Positions 9,429 through 17,998 of a stretch of DNA of 64,000 nucleotides are shown in pieces. Each line of letters begins with the position of its first letter. Within the stretch, counting starts at the first letter, position 1. Origin of the DNA: Acholeplasma sp. Its GTDB lineage: Bacteria; Bacillota_I; Bacilli_A; Acholeplasmatales; UBA5453. Position numbers and translations under genes: made by a program. A model generated the notes under the pieces. That model ran no database searches, was not told where the DNA came from, and saw only the letters and a program-made list of their open reading frames with translations. The stretch spans positions 1 through 64,000 of the forward strand of contig JAVBWN010000027.1 in NCBI GenBank assembly GCA_036677365.1. The letters are read 5' to 3'.

Positions 9429-10345
9429 GCGGCTACCTCCATAGAAGGTTCTTTTTTATAACTGTCAATGAGGGGTGAAATGGCATTCATGATGACGATG
9501 GCAAAGGCAGTCCCTTCAGGGTATGCACCAGCATCGGCACGGATAACCATCACAATGATCCCTATACCAATACCATAAATGACTCTTCCCCAACCAAATG
9601 TGGGTGCTGTCACTGGGTCAGTCGCCACGAAGAAGGCACCAAATAAGACGCTACCAACCAAGAGGGAAGAAACAGGATCACGGAATAAATCCGAAAATAG
9701 GAATCCACCGACCCAGTTGATCAAGAAGATGGTTGCCAAGAAGGATACGGTGATTCTCCAATCGATGATCTTAAGTACGATCAAAGCAATCCCTAAAACC
9801 AAAATACCTAGACGGAAGGTTTCACCCAACGTGCCTGGTACATTCCCTACCAACAACTCCCATAAATTATAAGCTAAGGCATTGTTGTTGAGTTGAATTA
9901 ATGGTGTCGTTGAGGCAACGACATCGGTTTGTGGGTTTAACCATTGGGTATTTAAGTATCGAGGGAATGAAATGGATACGAAGATGTAACCAACCAACGC
10001 TGGGTTGAATACGTTTTTTCCTAACCCACCAAACAATGATTTCGCAAAGAATGTCCCAAACACACTACCAATTAAAACAATCCATAGTGGGACAGTTGGG
10101 GGCATGATCAATGTGAAAATGAGAGGTGTGATGAGTAAACTGTAATCCAAAGGTTTTTTCCTAATCTTCGCGAATGCAAACTCGACCGATACAGAACCAA
10201 GGATGGCAACAAACGCGATTAAAAAGGCATAAAGCCCAAAGATGATACTGGAAGATACCAGTAAAATGAATAAGAAACCTGTGTAAATGAGGAGGTTTCG
10301 CTTGCTTAAAACATCTAAATGACTAGATGCTTTCGCTGTTTCCAT
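9425..10345 (-). CDS. NqrB/RnfD-family membrane subunit (start re-placed at METAK, 306 aa)
   Basis: FGGLGKNVFNPALVG; DVVASTTPL; GTLGET; FVATDPVTAP; YPEG; RBS AAAGCGGTGA before ATG 10345. Confidence 0.88.
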   Translation of the reverse strand: METAKASSHLDVLSKRNLLIYTGFLFILLVSSSIIFGLYAFLIAFVAILGSVSVEFAFAKIRKKPLDYSLLITPLIFTLIMPPTVPLWIVLIGSVFGTFFAKSLFGGLGKNVFNPALVGYIFVSISFPRYLNTQWLNPQTDVVASTTPLIQLNNNALAYNLWELLVGNVPGTLGETFRLGILVLGIALIVLKIIDWRITVSFLATIFLINWVGGFLFSDLFRDPVSSLLVGSVLFGAFFVATDPVTAPTFGWGRVIYGIGIGIIVMVIRADAGAYPEGTAFAIVIMNAISPLIDSYKKEPSMEVAA

Positions 10346-10405
10346 ATAATATTCACCGCTTTCTAAGATTGAAATGTTGAATTTCAAACCTTTATGTTTA
10401 ACGTT

Positions 10406-10435
10406 ATTGTATCATAGCGCTTCCAATAATGACAA
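10406..10435 (-). promoter_or_regulatory. Sigma-A promoter of the Nqr/Rnf-like operon with a cre-like box in the spacer
   Basis: Minus strand: TTGTCA, 18 bp, TG-A-TACAAT; spacer contains TGGAAGCGCTATGA (10412-10425). Confidence 0.55.
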
Positions 10436-10496
10436 ATCGTTTGCACAGGCAGGTGTGAAGAAAATCTTTAAAAGAAAAAAAATAAACCGTTTTGGT

Positions 10497-11078
10497 TTAT
10501 TTTTGAGTGGCTTCAATATTGTAAGCAAGGGTAATCAATGTTTTTCCATCATAATCAAATATACACATACTGGCATTATTTAACCATGTTTGAAAGTTGT
10601 AGTTTTGTGGGTCAGACAAAATCAATAATGACTTCGTAACATGTGAGTGACAAGACAGTAAGATGTCGTCATTTGGATACTGAAGATAAAGTGATTTCAG
10701 TGCTTGATCGATGCGTTGTAATAAGGCTTCATCATGCTCATATCCAGCTTGTTTAAATCCTTTTTGATAGATGATTGGCATGGTTTCATCCACCGAGGTC
10801 CCTTCGAATACACCGAAGTCTCTTTCAATGAATTGAGGTATAATATCCATCGGTAAATTTGTGCCCATTTCTTGTTGGATGATTTCTGCGGACCTCATGG
10901 TTCTCGATAGGGGTGACGAAACAATTCGATCGAAACGGTACCCATGATTCTTTAAATGTTGTCCGATTTGAATAGCTTGGGTGATGCCATTCGCATTGAG
11001 TGGCTGGTCTGACCACCCTTGAACAATGCGGTTTAAGTTGCGGTCGGTTTGCCCATGTCGGATGGCAAATATTCTCAT
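10497..11078 (-). CDS. Histidine phosphatase / phosphoglycerate mutase family protein (start re-placed at MRIFAIRHG)
   Basis: RHGQT; SSPLSR; ERDFG; SH; RBS AGGGAGTGA. Confidence 0.88.
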   Translation of the reverse strand: MRIFAIRHGQTDRNLNRIVQGWSDQPLNANGITQAIQIGQHLKNHGYRFDRIVSSPLSRTMRSAEIIQQEMGTNLPMDIIPQFIERDFGVFEGTSVDETMPIIYQKGFKQAGYEHDEALLQRIDQALKSLYLQYPNDDILLSCHSHVTKSLLILSDPQNYNFQTWLNNASMCIFDYDGKTLITLAYNIEATQK

Positions 11079-11097
11079 ATAATTCACTCCCTTGCTT

Positions 11098-11144
11098 ATT
11101 ATAACACAAAGCATTTATGTATAAAAACGATTCTATGTTATAAT
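11098..11144. promoter_or_regulatory. Back-to-back extended -10 promoters (phosphatase / pdp)
   Basis: ATTATAACA (minus TGTTATAAT, 11098-11106) and TGTTATAAT (plus, 11136-11144). Confidence 0.6.
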
Positions 11145-11166
11145 ATTTTCACGAGGTGTTAATACG

Positions 11167-12462
11167 ATGAGAATGTTAGATTTAATCACAAAAAAACGCG
11201 ATGGTTTTGAACTGACCAAAGCTGAAATTGAGTTTATTGTCCATGGCTATACGCAAGGCAATATCCCCGATTATCAAATGTCATCTTTCTTGATGGCAAC
11301 CTATTTTAATGGCATGACTGACCAGGAATCCACCGATTTAGCCATCGCGATGATGCACAGTGGTGATACCTTTAATTTAGAGGATATCTCAGGCATCAAA
11401 GTCGATAAGCACTCAACCGGTGGTGTTGGCGATAAAGTCACTTTGGTATTGGGACCACTCGTGGCTGCCTGTGGCGCGAAATTCGCGAAGATGAGCGGAC
11501 GCGGTCTAGGTCATACAGGTGGTACCTTAGATAAGTTAGAATCCATCCCTGGATACAACATCGTTTTGGATGAAGATGCTTTTAAAGCACAAGTCAATCG
11601 CATCGGCATATCTGTCATTGGTCAATCCAAAAACATCACGCCTGCCGATAAAAAGATGTATGCGCTACGCGATGTGACAGGTACCGTACCAAGCATCCCT
11701 TTGATTGCTTCATCGATCATGTCTAAAAAATTAGCGTCAGGGGCGGATGCCATCTGCTTGGACGTTAAAGTTGGTAATGGTGCATTTATGACCGACTTAG
11801 AAGAAGCAAAAAAACTGGCGATTTTGATGGTTCAAATCGGTAAATTGGCCGGTAAGAGTGTTAAAGCGATTTTAACCAACATGGATGAACCCCTTGGATT
11901 CGCTGTGGGTAATACGTTAGAAGTCATAGAAGCGATTGAAACCCTTCAAGGCAAAGGTCCTAAAGATTTGGAATCGGTCGTCCTTGAAATTGGTTCTTAT
12001 TTATTAGAAGATGCAGGGATTGCGAAAAAAGAAGAGGCCATGGCGTTATTAAAATCCAAACTCGAAAATGGTGAAGCCCTTCAAAAACTGGTCGAATTGG
12101 TTACTGCCCAAGGCGGCGATGCGTCTTATATTTTAAACCCTGAAAAGTTCAAAAGAGCTACCCAAGTATTGCCTTTAAAGGCACAACAATCGGGTTATAT
12201 CGATTCAATGGTCACCATCGATATTGGTCTAGCTGCTGCCTATTTAGGTGCGGGTAGAGAAACCGTTGATGGTGTCATCGACCCAGCGGTGGGTATCATT
12301 TTTAAAAAGAAAATCGGAGATTACGTTCAAAAAGGCGATGTCATCTTAGAAGTTCATGCAAATCAAAAAGGTGTCAATGATGCCATGAGTACTTTAGAAA
12401 AATCAATCAAAATTGGTCAACAAAAGCATGAAGTTGTCCTCATTGAAGGCGTGATTCTATGA
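11167..12462 (+). CDS. pdp: Pyrimidine-nucleoside phosphorylase
   Basis: DKHSTGGVGDK; KMSGRGLGHTGGTLDKLESIPG; YALRDVT; SSIMSKK. Confidence 0.96.
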   Translation: MRMLDLITKKRDGFELTKAEIEFIVHGYTQGNIPDYQMSSFLMATYFNGMTDQESTDLAIAMMHSGDTFNLEDISGIKVDKHSTGGVGDKVTLVLGPLVAACGAKFAKMSGRGLGHTGGTLDKLESIPGYNIVLDEDAFKAQVNRIGISVIGQSKNITPADKKMYALRDVTGTVPSIPLIASSIMSKKLASGADAICLDVKVGNGAFMTDLEEAKKLAILMVQIGKLAGKSVKAILTNMDEPLGFAVGNTLEVIEAIETLQGKGPKDLESVVLEIGSYLLEDAGIAKKEEAMALLKSKLENGEALQKLVELVTAQGGDASYILNPEKFKRATQVLPLKAQQSGYIDSMVTIDIGLAAAYLGAGRETVDGVIDPAVGIIFKKKIGDYVQKGDVILEVHANQKGVNDAMSTLEKSIKIGQQKHEVVLIEGVIL

Positions 12463-13220
12463 GTTATGCACTCATCACAGGTGGGGCGATTGGTTTAGGT
12501 AGAGCATTTTCAGATTTACTGGCTGATCGTGGTTATGATTTGATCATCACATCGCGTAGTTTAGAACATTTGGCTTCAGCACAAAAAGAAATTCAGTCCA
12601 AATATCGCGTCAAAGTTCAAATATTTGTCGGTGATCTTGCAAAACATGAGTTTCGCGACAAACTGATTGAATTTGTATCCCCTTATGACATCGAGATTTT
12701 GGTCAATAACGCAGGTTTTGGTCACAATGATTTATTCATTGATGCGCCTCTAGACAAAGAATTTCAAATGATCGATGTCAATATCAAAGCACTTCAGCAC
12801 TTGATGAAACATTTTTATGGTTACTTTAAAGATAAAAATGGGGGCAGAATCATCAACGTCAGTTCGTTGGCTGGATTCGTTCCAGGGGCTTACGCTGCCA
12901 CGTATTATGCGACTAAAGCTTACGTAACCAGTTTAACCAGAGCCGCTGCTTATGAAGCAAAAATCACAAAAAGTGGTGTTCAAATTCAAGCCTTGTGTCC
13001 TGGCCCACTCAAAACACAGTTTTTTGAAACGGCGGGTACAGACATTAAGTTTTATAAGAAAGACCCGAAAATGGCTGCCAGAGAAGCACTCGATGCGAAA
13101 CGTGTCATCATCGTGCCTGGCTTTAAAGAAAAAATCGCCCATGGGTTACTTAAAATCATGCCGACCGGTTTTTCTGTTCAGTTTGCTGGATTCGGTCAAA
13201 AACGTAAAAAACGACAATAA
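12459..13220 (+). CDS. Short-chain dehydrogenase/reductase
   Basis: TGGAIGLG; NNAG; YYATK; ATGA overlap with pdp. Confidence 0.9.
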   Translation: MSYALITGGAIGLGRAFSDLLADRGYDLIITSRSLEHLASAQKEIQSKYRVKVQIFVGDLAKHEFRDKLIEFVSPYDIEILVNNAGFGHNDLFIDAPLDKEFQMIDVNIKALQHLMKHFYGYFKDKNGGRIINVSSLAGFVPGAYAATYYATKAYVTSLTRAAAYEAKITKSGVQIQALCPGPLKTQFFETAGTDIKFYKKDPKMAAREALDAKRVIIVPGFKEKIAHGLLKIMPTGFSVQFAGFGQKRKKRQ

Positions 13221-13243
13221 GCCTTTTGGTTTATTGTTTTTTT
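13214..13243 (+). terminator. Rho-independent terminator
   Basis: ACAATAAGCC-tttt-GGTTTATTGT followed by a T run. Confidence 0.7.
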
Positions 13244-13252
13244 GTCTTAAAA

Positions 13253-13281
13253 TTGCAAAAAAAGGCCAAAAAAGTTACAAT
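13253..13281 (+). promoter_or_regulatory. Sigma-A promoter
   Basis: TTGCAA, 17 bp, TACAAT; GAGGT RBS before ATG 13299. Confidence 0.6.
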
Positions 13282-13298
13282 ATATGTGAGGTATATGT

Positions 13299-13940
13299 AT
13301 GAAAATCGAAGATAAAAAAGCACTCCCACCAAAAGAGGCTGAAAAGTTGAGAGAAAAACAACTCGGTCAACAGATCAGTAAATTCAAAGAGGCGGACAAA
13401 GAAGTCCTTAAAATTGAATACGAAGAGTATGATGAAGATGAGGATTATGCGGTGATTGACTTAGAAATCAATCAAGAAAGTGATATTTATCAAAAATTCA
13501 CGATGCTCAGTCGTCGTCGCATCAGTCAAGAAATCATGAATCACTTGGAAGAAAATGCGAAATATGTGCCTTTATACAAGCCACTATTGATCAATGTGAC
13601 AAGGCCACACCAAACCATTGAAGCGGATTTGCTTAAAACGATTGAACTCATGGTTGAGCGCAGTTTGACCAAACGCATCATCGACTTGACAGTCAACATC
13701 AAGCAAATAAAAATTCTATCGACGCTGATGGTTCTTTTTGGCTTAACTGCGATGATGATTTCGATTTTATTATCCGAACGTTACTTAAACCTATTTATCA
13801 TCAATGAAGTCTTTTACATTTCTAGCTGGGTGTTTGTTTGGAAGGCTGTCGAAGGTTTTTTATTTGACTTACGTAAAACAACCGAGCAAAAATATAAACT
13901 ACTTCAAATTTATTCAGCAGATTATTGTTCAAAGATTTAG
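13299..13940 (+). CDS. Hypothetical membrane protein (charged N-terminus, 2 C-terminal TM helices)
   Basis: 213-aa ORF with its own promoter and RBS; two hydrophobic segments. Confidence 0.75.
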   Translation: MKIEDKKALPPKEAEKLREKQLGQQISKFKEADKEVLKIEYEEYDEDEDYAVIDLEINQESDIYQKFTMLSRRRISQEIMNHLEENAKYVPLYKPLLINVTRPHQTIEADLLKTIELMVERSLTKRIIDLTVNIKQIKILSTLMVLFGLTAMMISILLSERYLNLFIINEVFYISSWVFVWKAVEGFLFDLRKTTEQKYKLLQIYSADYCSKI

Positions 13941-13985
13941 ACCATTTCACTTGAGTTTCAAATAAAATGTGTTAAACTAATTGTG

Positions 13986-14064
13986 TACTACGGGGAGCCT
14001 TTTGGCTGAGAGGAAGATTTTCGACCCGAATACCTGATCTGGATCATGCCAGCGGAGGAATAGT
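13986..14064 (+). ncRNA. TPP riboswitch aptamer
   Basis: GGGGAGCC...GGCTGAGAGG...GACCC..ACCTGATCTGGATCATGCCAGCGGAGGAA matches the THI-box; lies directly upstream of thiT. Confidence 0.95.
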
Positions 14065-14078
14065 CACATTCACTAGAC

Positions 14079-14107
14079 ATTCTTTTGGCATACCAAAGGA
14101 ATTTTTT
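14079..14107 (+). terminator. Riboswitch expression-platform terminator
   Basis: ATTCTTTTGG-cata-CCAAAGGAAT followed by a T run, upstream of the AAGGAG RBS. Confidence 0.8.
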
Positions 14108-14122
14108 ATTTTATAAGGAGAA

Positions 14123-14668
14123 ATGTCTATGAACAAAGATTTAAACAAATTAACTGAATCCGCTATTTTGGTCGCATTAGCGGTGGTTTTAGAACTGATT
14201 TCTAAAATGATTCCCATCTTACAAATGCCTTATGGTGGGTCTGCATCGCTCGCGATGTTTCCCATCTTTATTTTGAGTTATCGCCATGGTTTAAAATGGG
14301 GTCTCATCTCTGGTTTAGTATTTGGGATTGTCAACTTTTTTATCGATGGTTATGCTTTTTTCTGGGGGTCATTCGTCTTCGATTACACCTTGGCATTCGC
14401 ATCCATTGGGTTGGCTGGCTTGTTCAGTAAAAAAGCACTGAAATTGGAAGTCAGTGCTGTGGTCTATGGCATTGTATTGGGTTCATTCGTCCGATTCATC
14501 ATCCATACCTTATCTGGGATACTCTTTTTCGCAGAATACGCTGGGGATGAAAATGTGATCATCTATTCTGTCACTTACAATGGTGGATACATGCTCGCAT
14601 CGATGGTATTGTGTTTATTGGTTTCAGTACTTACGTACAAACGCTTGCTTTTAAAAGACCTGGTATAA
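14123..14668 (+). CDS. thiT: Energy-coupling-factor thiamine transporter S component
   Basis: MPYGGS; RHGLKWG; FDY; RFIIHTLSGILFFAEYA; YSVTYNGGY; TPP riboswitch upstream. Confidence 0.93.
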   Translation: MSMNKDLNKLTESAILVALAVVLELISKMIPILQMPYGGSASLAMFPIFILSYRHGLKWGLISGLVFGIVNFFIDGYAFFWGSFVFDYTLAFASIGLAGLFSKKALKLEVSAVVYGIVLGSFVRFIIHTLSGILFFAEYAGDENVIIYSVTYNGGYMLASMVLCLLVSVLTYKRLLLKDLV

Positions 14669-15233
14669 CATAAGTATCGATGACTTTTAGATAATCTAAA
14701 CGTGGATTATAGCCGAATTTGATTGGATAGGCTTCGGTTTTAAAGGTTTCATAAGCGATGGATTTCCGTCCGCCTTTTAATGACGCCATGTAGTGGTCAT
14801 AAAGCACATCAAATGGTAAATAGTAGTATTCATTATATATCGCAAAATAGACGATCATAAACCCGATTCCGCCCGCATCCACAATGCGTTTGAGATGCAA
14901 GATTTGATGTTCAGGGATATTTTTCAAAGGAATCGATGTTTTAGATTGTGTCTCTTTCGCATCAAAATCAATATAATAGCCTTTATACACCCCATTGAAG
15001 TCCGTTGTCGATGGGGTTTTATAATACGCTTCTGTAATCTTGGCTTTATTTCTGGCTGGATAACTGACCGTCACTACTTGAACAGGGGTAGGTTTTTTGT
15101 AGATCACCGCGATCTGTTTATCTAAATAAAACTGATTGGTCGCTTCAACATCGCCTTCTAGGGTCATCCCCAAATTGGAACGATTGATGATTTTGGTTGT
15201 GGTTTTTTTTGGATTTGGGTATTTGATTGCCAT
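14631..15233 (-). CDS. recU: Holliday junction resolvase RecU
   Basis: NLGMTLE; IYKKPTPVQ; STTDFNG; FDAKET; HQILHL. Confidence 0.95.
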   Translation of the reverse strand: MAIKYPNPKKTTTKIINRSNLGMTLEGDVEATNQFYLDKQIAVIYKKPTPVQVVTVSYPARNKAKITEAYYKTPSTTDFNGVYKGYYIDFDAKETQSKTSIPLKNIPEHQILHLKRIVDAGGIGFMIVYFAIYNEYYYLPFDVLYDHYMASLKGGRKSIAYETFKTEAYPIKFGYNPRLDYLKVIDTYVIPGLLKASVCT

Positions 15234-15325
15234 AAGTGTTCACCTATTTGTATATTACCATAAAGTGGGATTGTTTTTACTTTGAAATCCGTCATAAGCC
15301 AATATGTTTTAAAAGTGTAATAAAC

Positions 15326-15355
15326 TTGCTGATTTTTTCTTCTCCATGTTATAAT
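15326..15355 (+). promoter_or_regulatory. Sigma-A promoter of rnj
   Basis: TTGCTG, 18 bp, TG-T-TATAAT. Confidence 0.55.
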
Positions 15356-15397
15356 TAAATAAACTTTGACGTTTCTAGTATTGAAAGGAAGTATGCT

Positions 15398-17071
15398 ATG
15401 AGCTTAATTAAAATATTCGCCTTAGGCGGTCTCGGTGAAAACGGGAAAAATATGTATTGTGTCGAGGTGGATTCTCAACTATTCATCTTGGATGCTGGGA
15501 TTAAATACCCAACCTCTGAATTGTTTGGTGTCGATGAAATCGTGCCGGATTATAAGGTTTTGGTTGAATTTTTACCCAAAATCAAAGGTTTTTTCATGAC
15601 CCATGCCCATGAGGACCACATCGGTGCTTTGTCACATATCCTAAAAGACATCAATGTGCCAGTCTACGCCACCAACTTTACGATGGAATTGATTAAAGAC
15701 AATTTGAAAGAAGAAGGGTATGATTTAAGTAAACTCAAACTTCATGTCATCAATCAAGACTCCATCATCAAATTCGATCACGTAAAAGTCACCTTTTTTA
15801 CAACCACCCACTCCATCCCAGAGAGTGTCGGGGTTGCGATTAACACGATGGATGGGTCGATTATTTATACGTCGGATTATACGTTTGACCAAAGTGCTGA
15901 CCCAAGGTATCAAACCGACTTTAAGAAAATCAATGAACTCGCTGAAAAAAAGGTCTTGTGTTTGCTGACTGAATCCTTGGGTTCTGGTTTAGTACTCAAT
16001 GGTTCGATTACCAAAGAGCTCGATCATGCCATCAACCAAGCCATCTCAAACGCGCCAGGCCGTGTGATTGCTTCATTATTCTCCTCTGACTTATTGAAAA
16101 TTCAACGCGTCATCGACATTGCCTTAAAACATAAAAAACGCATCGCCATCATCGGTCGACGTGCCCAACGTATCGTCGATATCGCGATTGAAATGAGCTA
16201 TTTAAACATCCCGAAAGAATCATTGATTGCATTAAGATATATTGACGATAAAAACAAAAATGATGATAAAGACATCGTTGCTTTGGTCACAGGGAATCGT
16301 CATGAACCTTTCTTCATGTTACAACGCATGTGTAAGAAAGCGGACCGTTTGATTCACATCGATGAAAACGACTCCGTATTGGTTGTGGCATCCCCGATCC
16401 CTGGTACAGAAAAAATGGCTGCGAAAACACTCGATATCTTGTACCGCACAGATGCGAAAGTCACGGTGATCGATAAAAAGATTTTGACCACATCCCATGC
16501 CACATCCGATGAAATCAAAATGATGATGAACATGCTTAAACCACGTTATATTTTGCCAGTCATTGGTGAATACCGTATGCAATATGCTGTTCAACGATTA
16601 GCGATGGAAATGGGTTATGACAAAGATCAAGTCTTCCTCATGGACAATGGGGATGCGCTGGTGTTTAAAGATGGTACACCCGATGTACAAAGAGCCAGAT
16701 ACCGCAGTGGCGACATCTTAATCGATGGTTCAGCCATCGGTGATGTCAATGACATCGTCATACACGATCGAGAATTGTTATCTGAAGATGGTGTTTTGTT
16801 GATTGTTGCAAACATCAATCCACGTTCTAAACGTATTTTAGGCGATATTGAAATTGTCACCAAAGGGTTTGTCTACGTTAAAGAGTCCGAACAACTTTTA
16901 CAAGAAGTTAAAGATTTGTTCATTAAAGCTTGTGACAAACACTTAAAGGGCAAATACATCAACTGGAATGAACTCAAGACCAATGTCAGAGAAGACATCA
17001 ATAAGTTTCTATATAAAGAAACCAAACGCAGTCCGATCACCATCCCAGTGATCATTGCGACGGAAATATAA
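15398..17071 (+). CDS. rnj: Ribonuclease J family protein
   Basis: LGGLGENGKNM; THAHEDHIG; THSIPE; PIPG; DRELLSEDG. Confidence 0.93.
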   Translation: MSLIKIFALGGLGENGKNMYCVEVDSQLFILDAGIKYPTSELFGVDEIVPDYKVLVEFLPKIKGFFMTHAHEDHIGALSHILKDINVPVYATNFTMELIKDNLKEEGYDLSKLKLHVINQDSIIKFDHVKVTFFTTTHSIPESVGVAINTMDGSIIYTSDYTFDQSADPRYQTDFKKINELAEKKVLCLLTESLGSGLVLNGSITKELDHAINQAISNAPGRVIASLFSSDLLKIQRVIDIALKHKKRIAIIGRRAQRIVDIAIEMSYLNIPKESLIALRYIDDKNKNDDKDIVALVTGNRHEPFFMLQRMCKKADRLIHIDENDSVLVVASPIPGTEKMAAKTLDILYRTDAKVTVIDKKILTTSHATSDEIKMMMNMLKPRYILPVIGEYRMQYAVQRLAMEMGYDKDQVFLMDNGDALVFKDGTPDVQRARYRSGDILIDGSAIGDVNDIVIHDRELLSEDGVLLIVANINPRSKRILGDIEIVTKGFVYVKESEQLLQEVKDLFIKACDKHLKGKYINWNELKTNVREDINKFLYKETKRSPITIPVIIATEI

Positions 17072-17072
17072 T

Positions 17073-17804
17073 ATGTTCAATAAAATACTATACGGCGTCA
17101 TTACTGTGATTTTGGTGGTTGTCATTTATATCACGTCATTGTTAGGCATCATTTATGAACGACAAGCCATTTTATTAGAGCAATTGATTGACACATCGAT
17201 TGAACAAAGAGATTTCACCAACTACATCAAATACTCATCCCTTTATTATAAAGAACTCAACCCTACAACTGTCAGTGATCACAACGATTATCAAGTGACC
17301 TATTTTAAAACGATTGAAAGAAATCGTAACGGTGAAGTCATCAGCCAATTGATTGTGTTCGTGATGGCCAATGACGAGGTCACGATGAGTGATTCTGAAA
17401 AAGACATCAACGACCAAACACGCATGGAAGTTTGGATGAATGGCATCAAAACCTATTCGACCAAAGACGATGATGTGTATAAAGATTTCTCAATCAGTTG
17501 GGGCTTGAAAGAACAAGATTTCTACTATTACAATTTTCTCATCGAAGATGCCTCTTTTGAGGTTAAACTTTTTGATTATACCGGTTTTCCAATCGAGATT
17601 GCAACCCTAGATTTACCTGTGGTTGACCTCAATAACGAATCCAGTTATGCCCAAGCCGGTTTTGAAATGTCTTATACCGTCGATGAAGTCGAAGATATGT
17701 TAGAAATTCAAGACCACATTTGGAAAATATACATGTATATTGGGATTTTTATGGTGATTGATATCGCTTTTGCATTCTTTATATTCAGAAAAAAATCCGC
17801 TTAA
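17073..17804 (+). CDS. Hypothetical membrane protein (N- and C-terminal TM, acidic external domain); start re-placed at MFNK
   Basis: ATG 1 nt after the rnj stop; two TM segments. Confidence 0.75.
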   Translation: MFNKILYGVITVILVVVIYITSLLGIIYERQAILLEQLIDTSIEQRDFTNYIKYSSLYYKELNPTTVSDHNDYQVTYFKTIERNRNGEVISQLIVFVMANDEVTMSDSEKDINDQTRMEVWMNGIKTYSTKDDDVYKDFSISWGLKEQDFYYYNFLIEDASFEVKLFDYTGFPIEIATLDLPVVDLNNESSYAQAGFEMSYTVDEVEDMLEIQDHIWKIYMYIGIFMVIDIAFAFFIFRKKSA

Positions 17805-17811
17805 ACACACC

Positions 17812-17837
17812 AAAATGACCAACATTGGTCATTTTTT
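17812..17837 (+). terminator. Rho-independent terminator
   Basis: AAAATGACCAA-ca-TTGGTCATTTT followed by T. Confidence 0.8.
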
Positions 17838-17927
17838 ACTTTGTAAAGGCTGATTTTAAATGCATTCGAAGCGATTAATTGATAAATAGTAGAACATGTA
17901 CACAATCAAATTTCATTCTTGAAACCC

Positions 17928-17955
17928 TTTACAATTCTTTTTTATACGATATAAT
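17928..17955 (+). promoter_or_regulatory. Sigma-A promoter of the first glucan operon
   Basis: TTTACA, 16 bp, TATAAT. Confidence 0.65.
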
Positions 17956-17963
17956 GGAATTAA

Positions 17964-17977
17964 GGAAACCGATTTCC
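17964..17977. promoter_or_regulatory. LacI-type operator, copy 1
   Basis: GGAAACCGATTTCC, near-palindrome with central CG, just downstream of the -10. Confidence 0.8.
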
Positions 17978-17998
17978 AAAACAGCATGAGGTGTTCAA

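Noticed and set aside
6522..10345. Assigning canonical nqr or rnf gene symbols
   Set aside because: The subunit set matches neither complete complex
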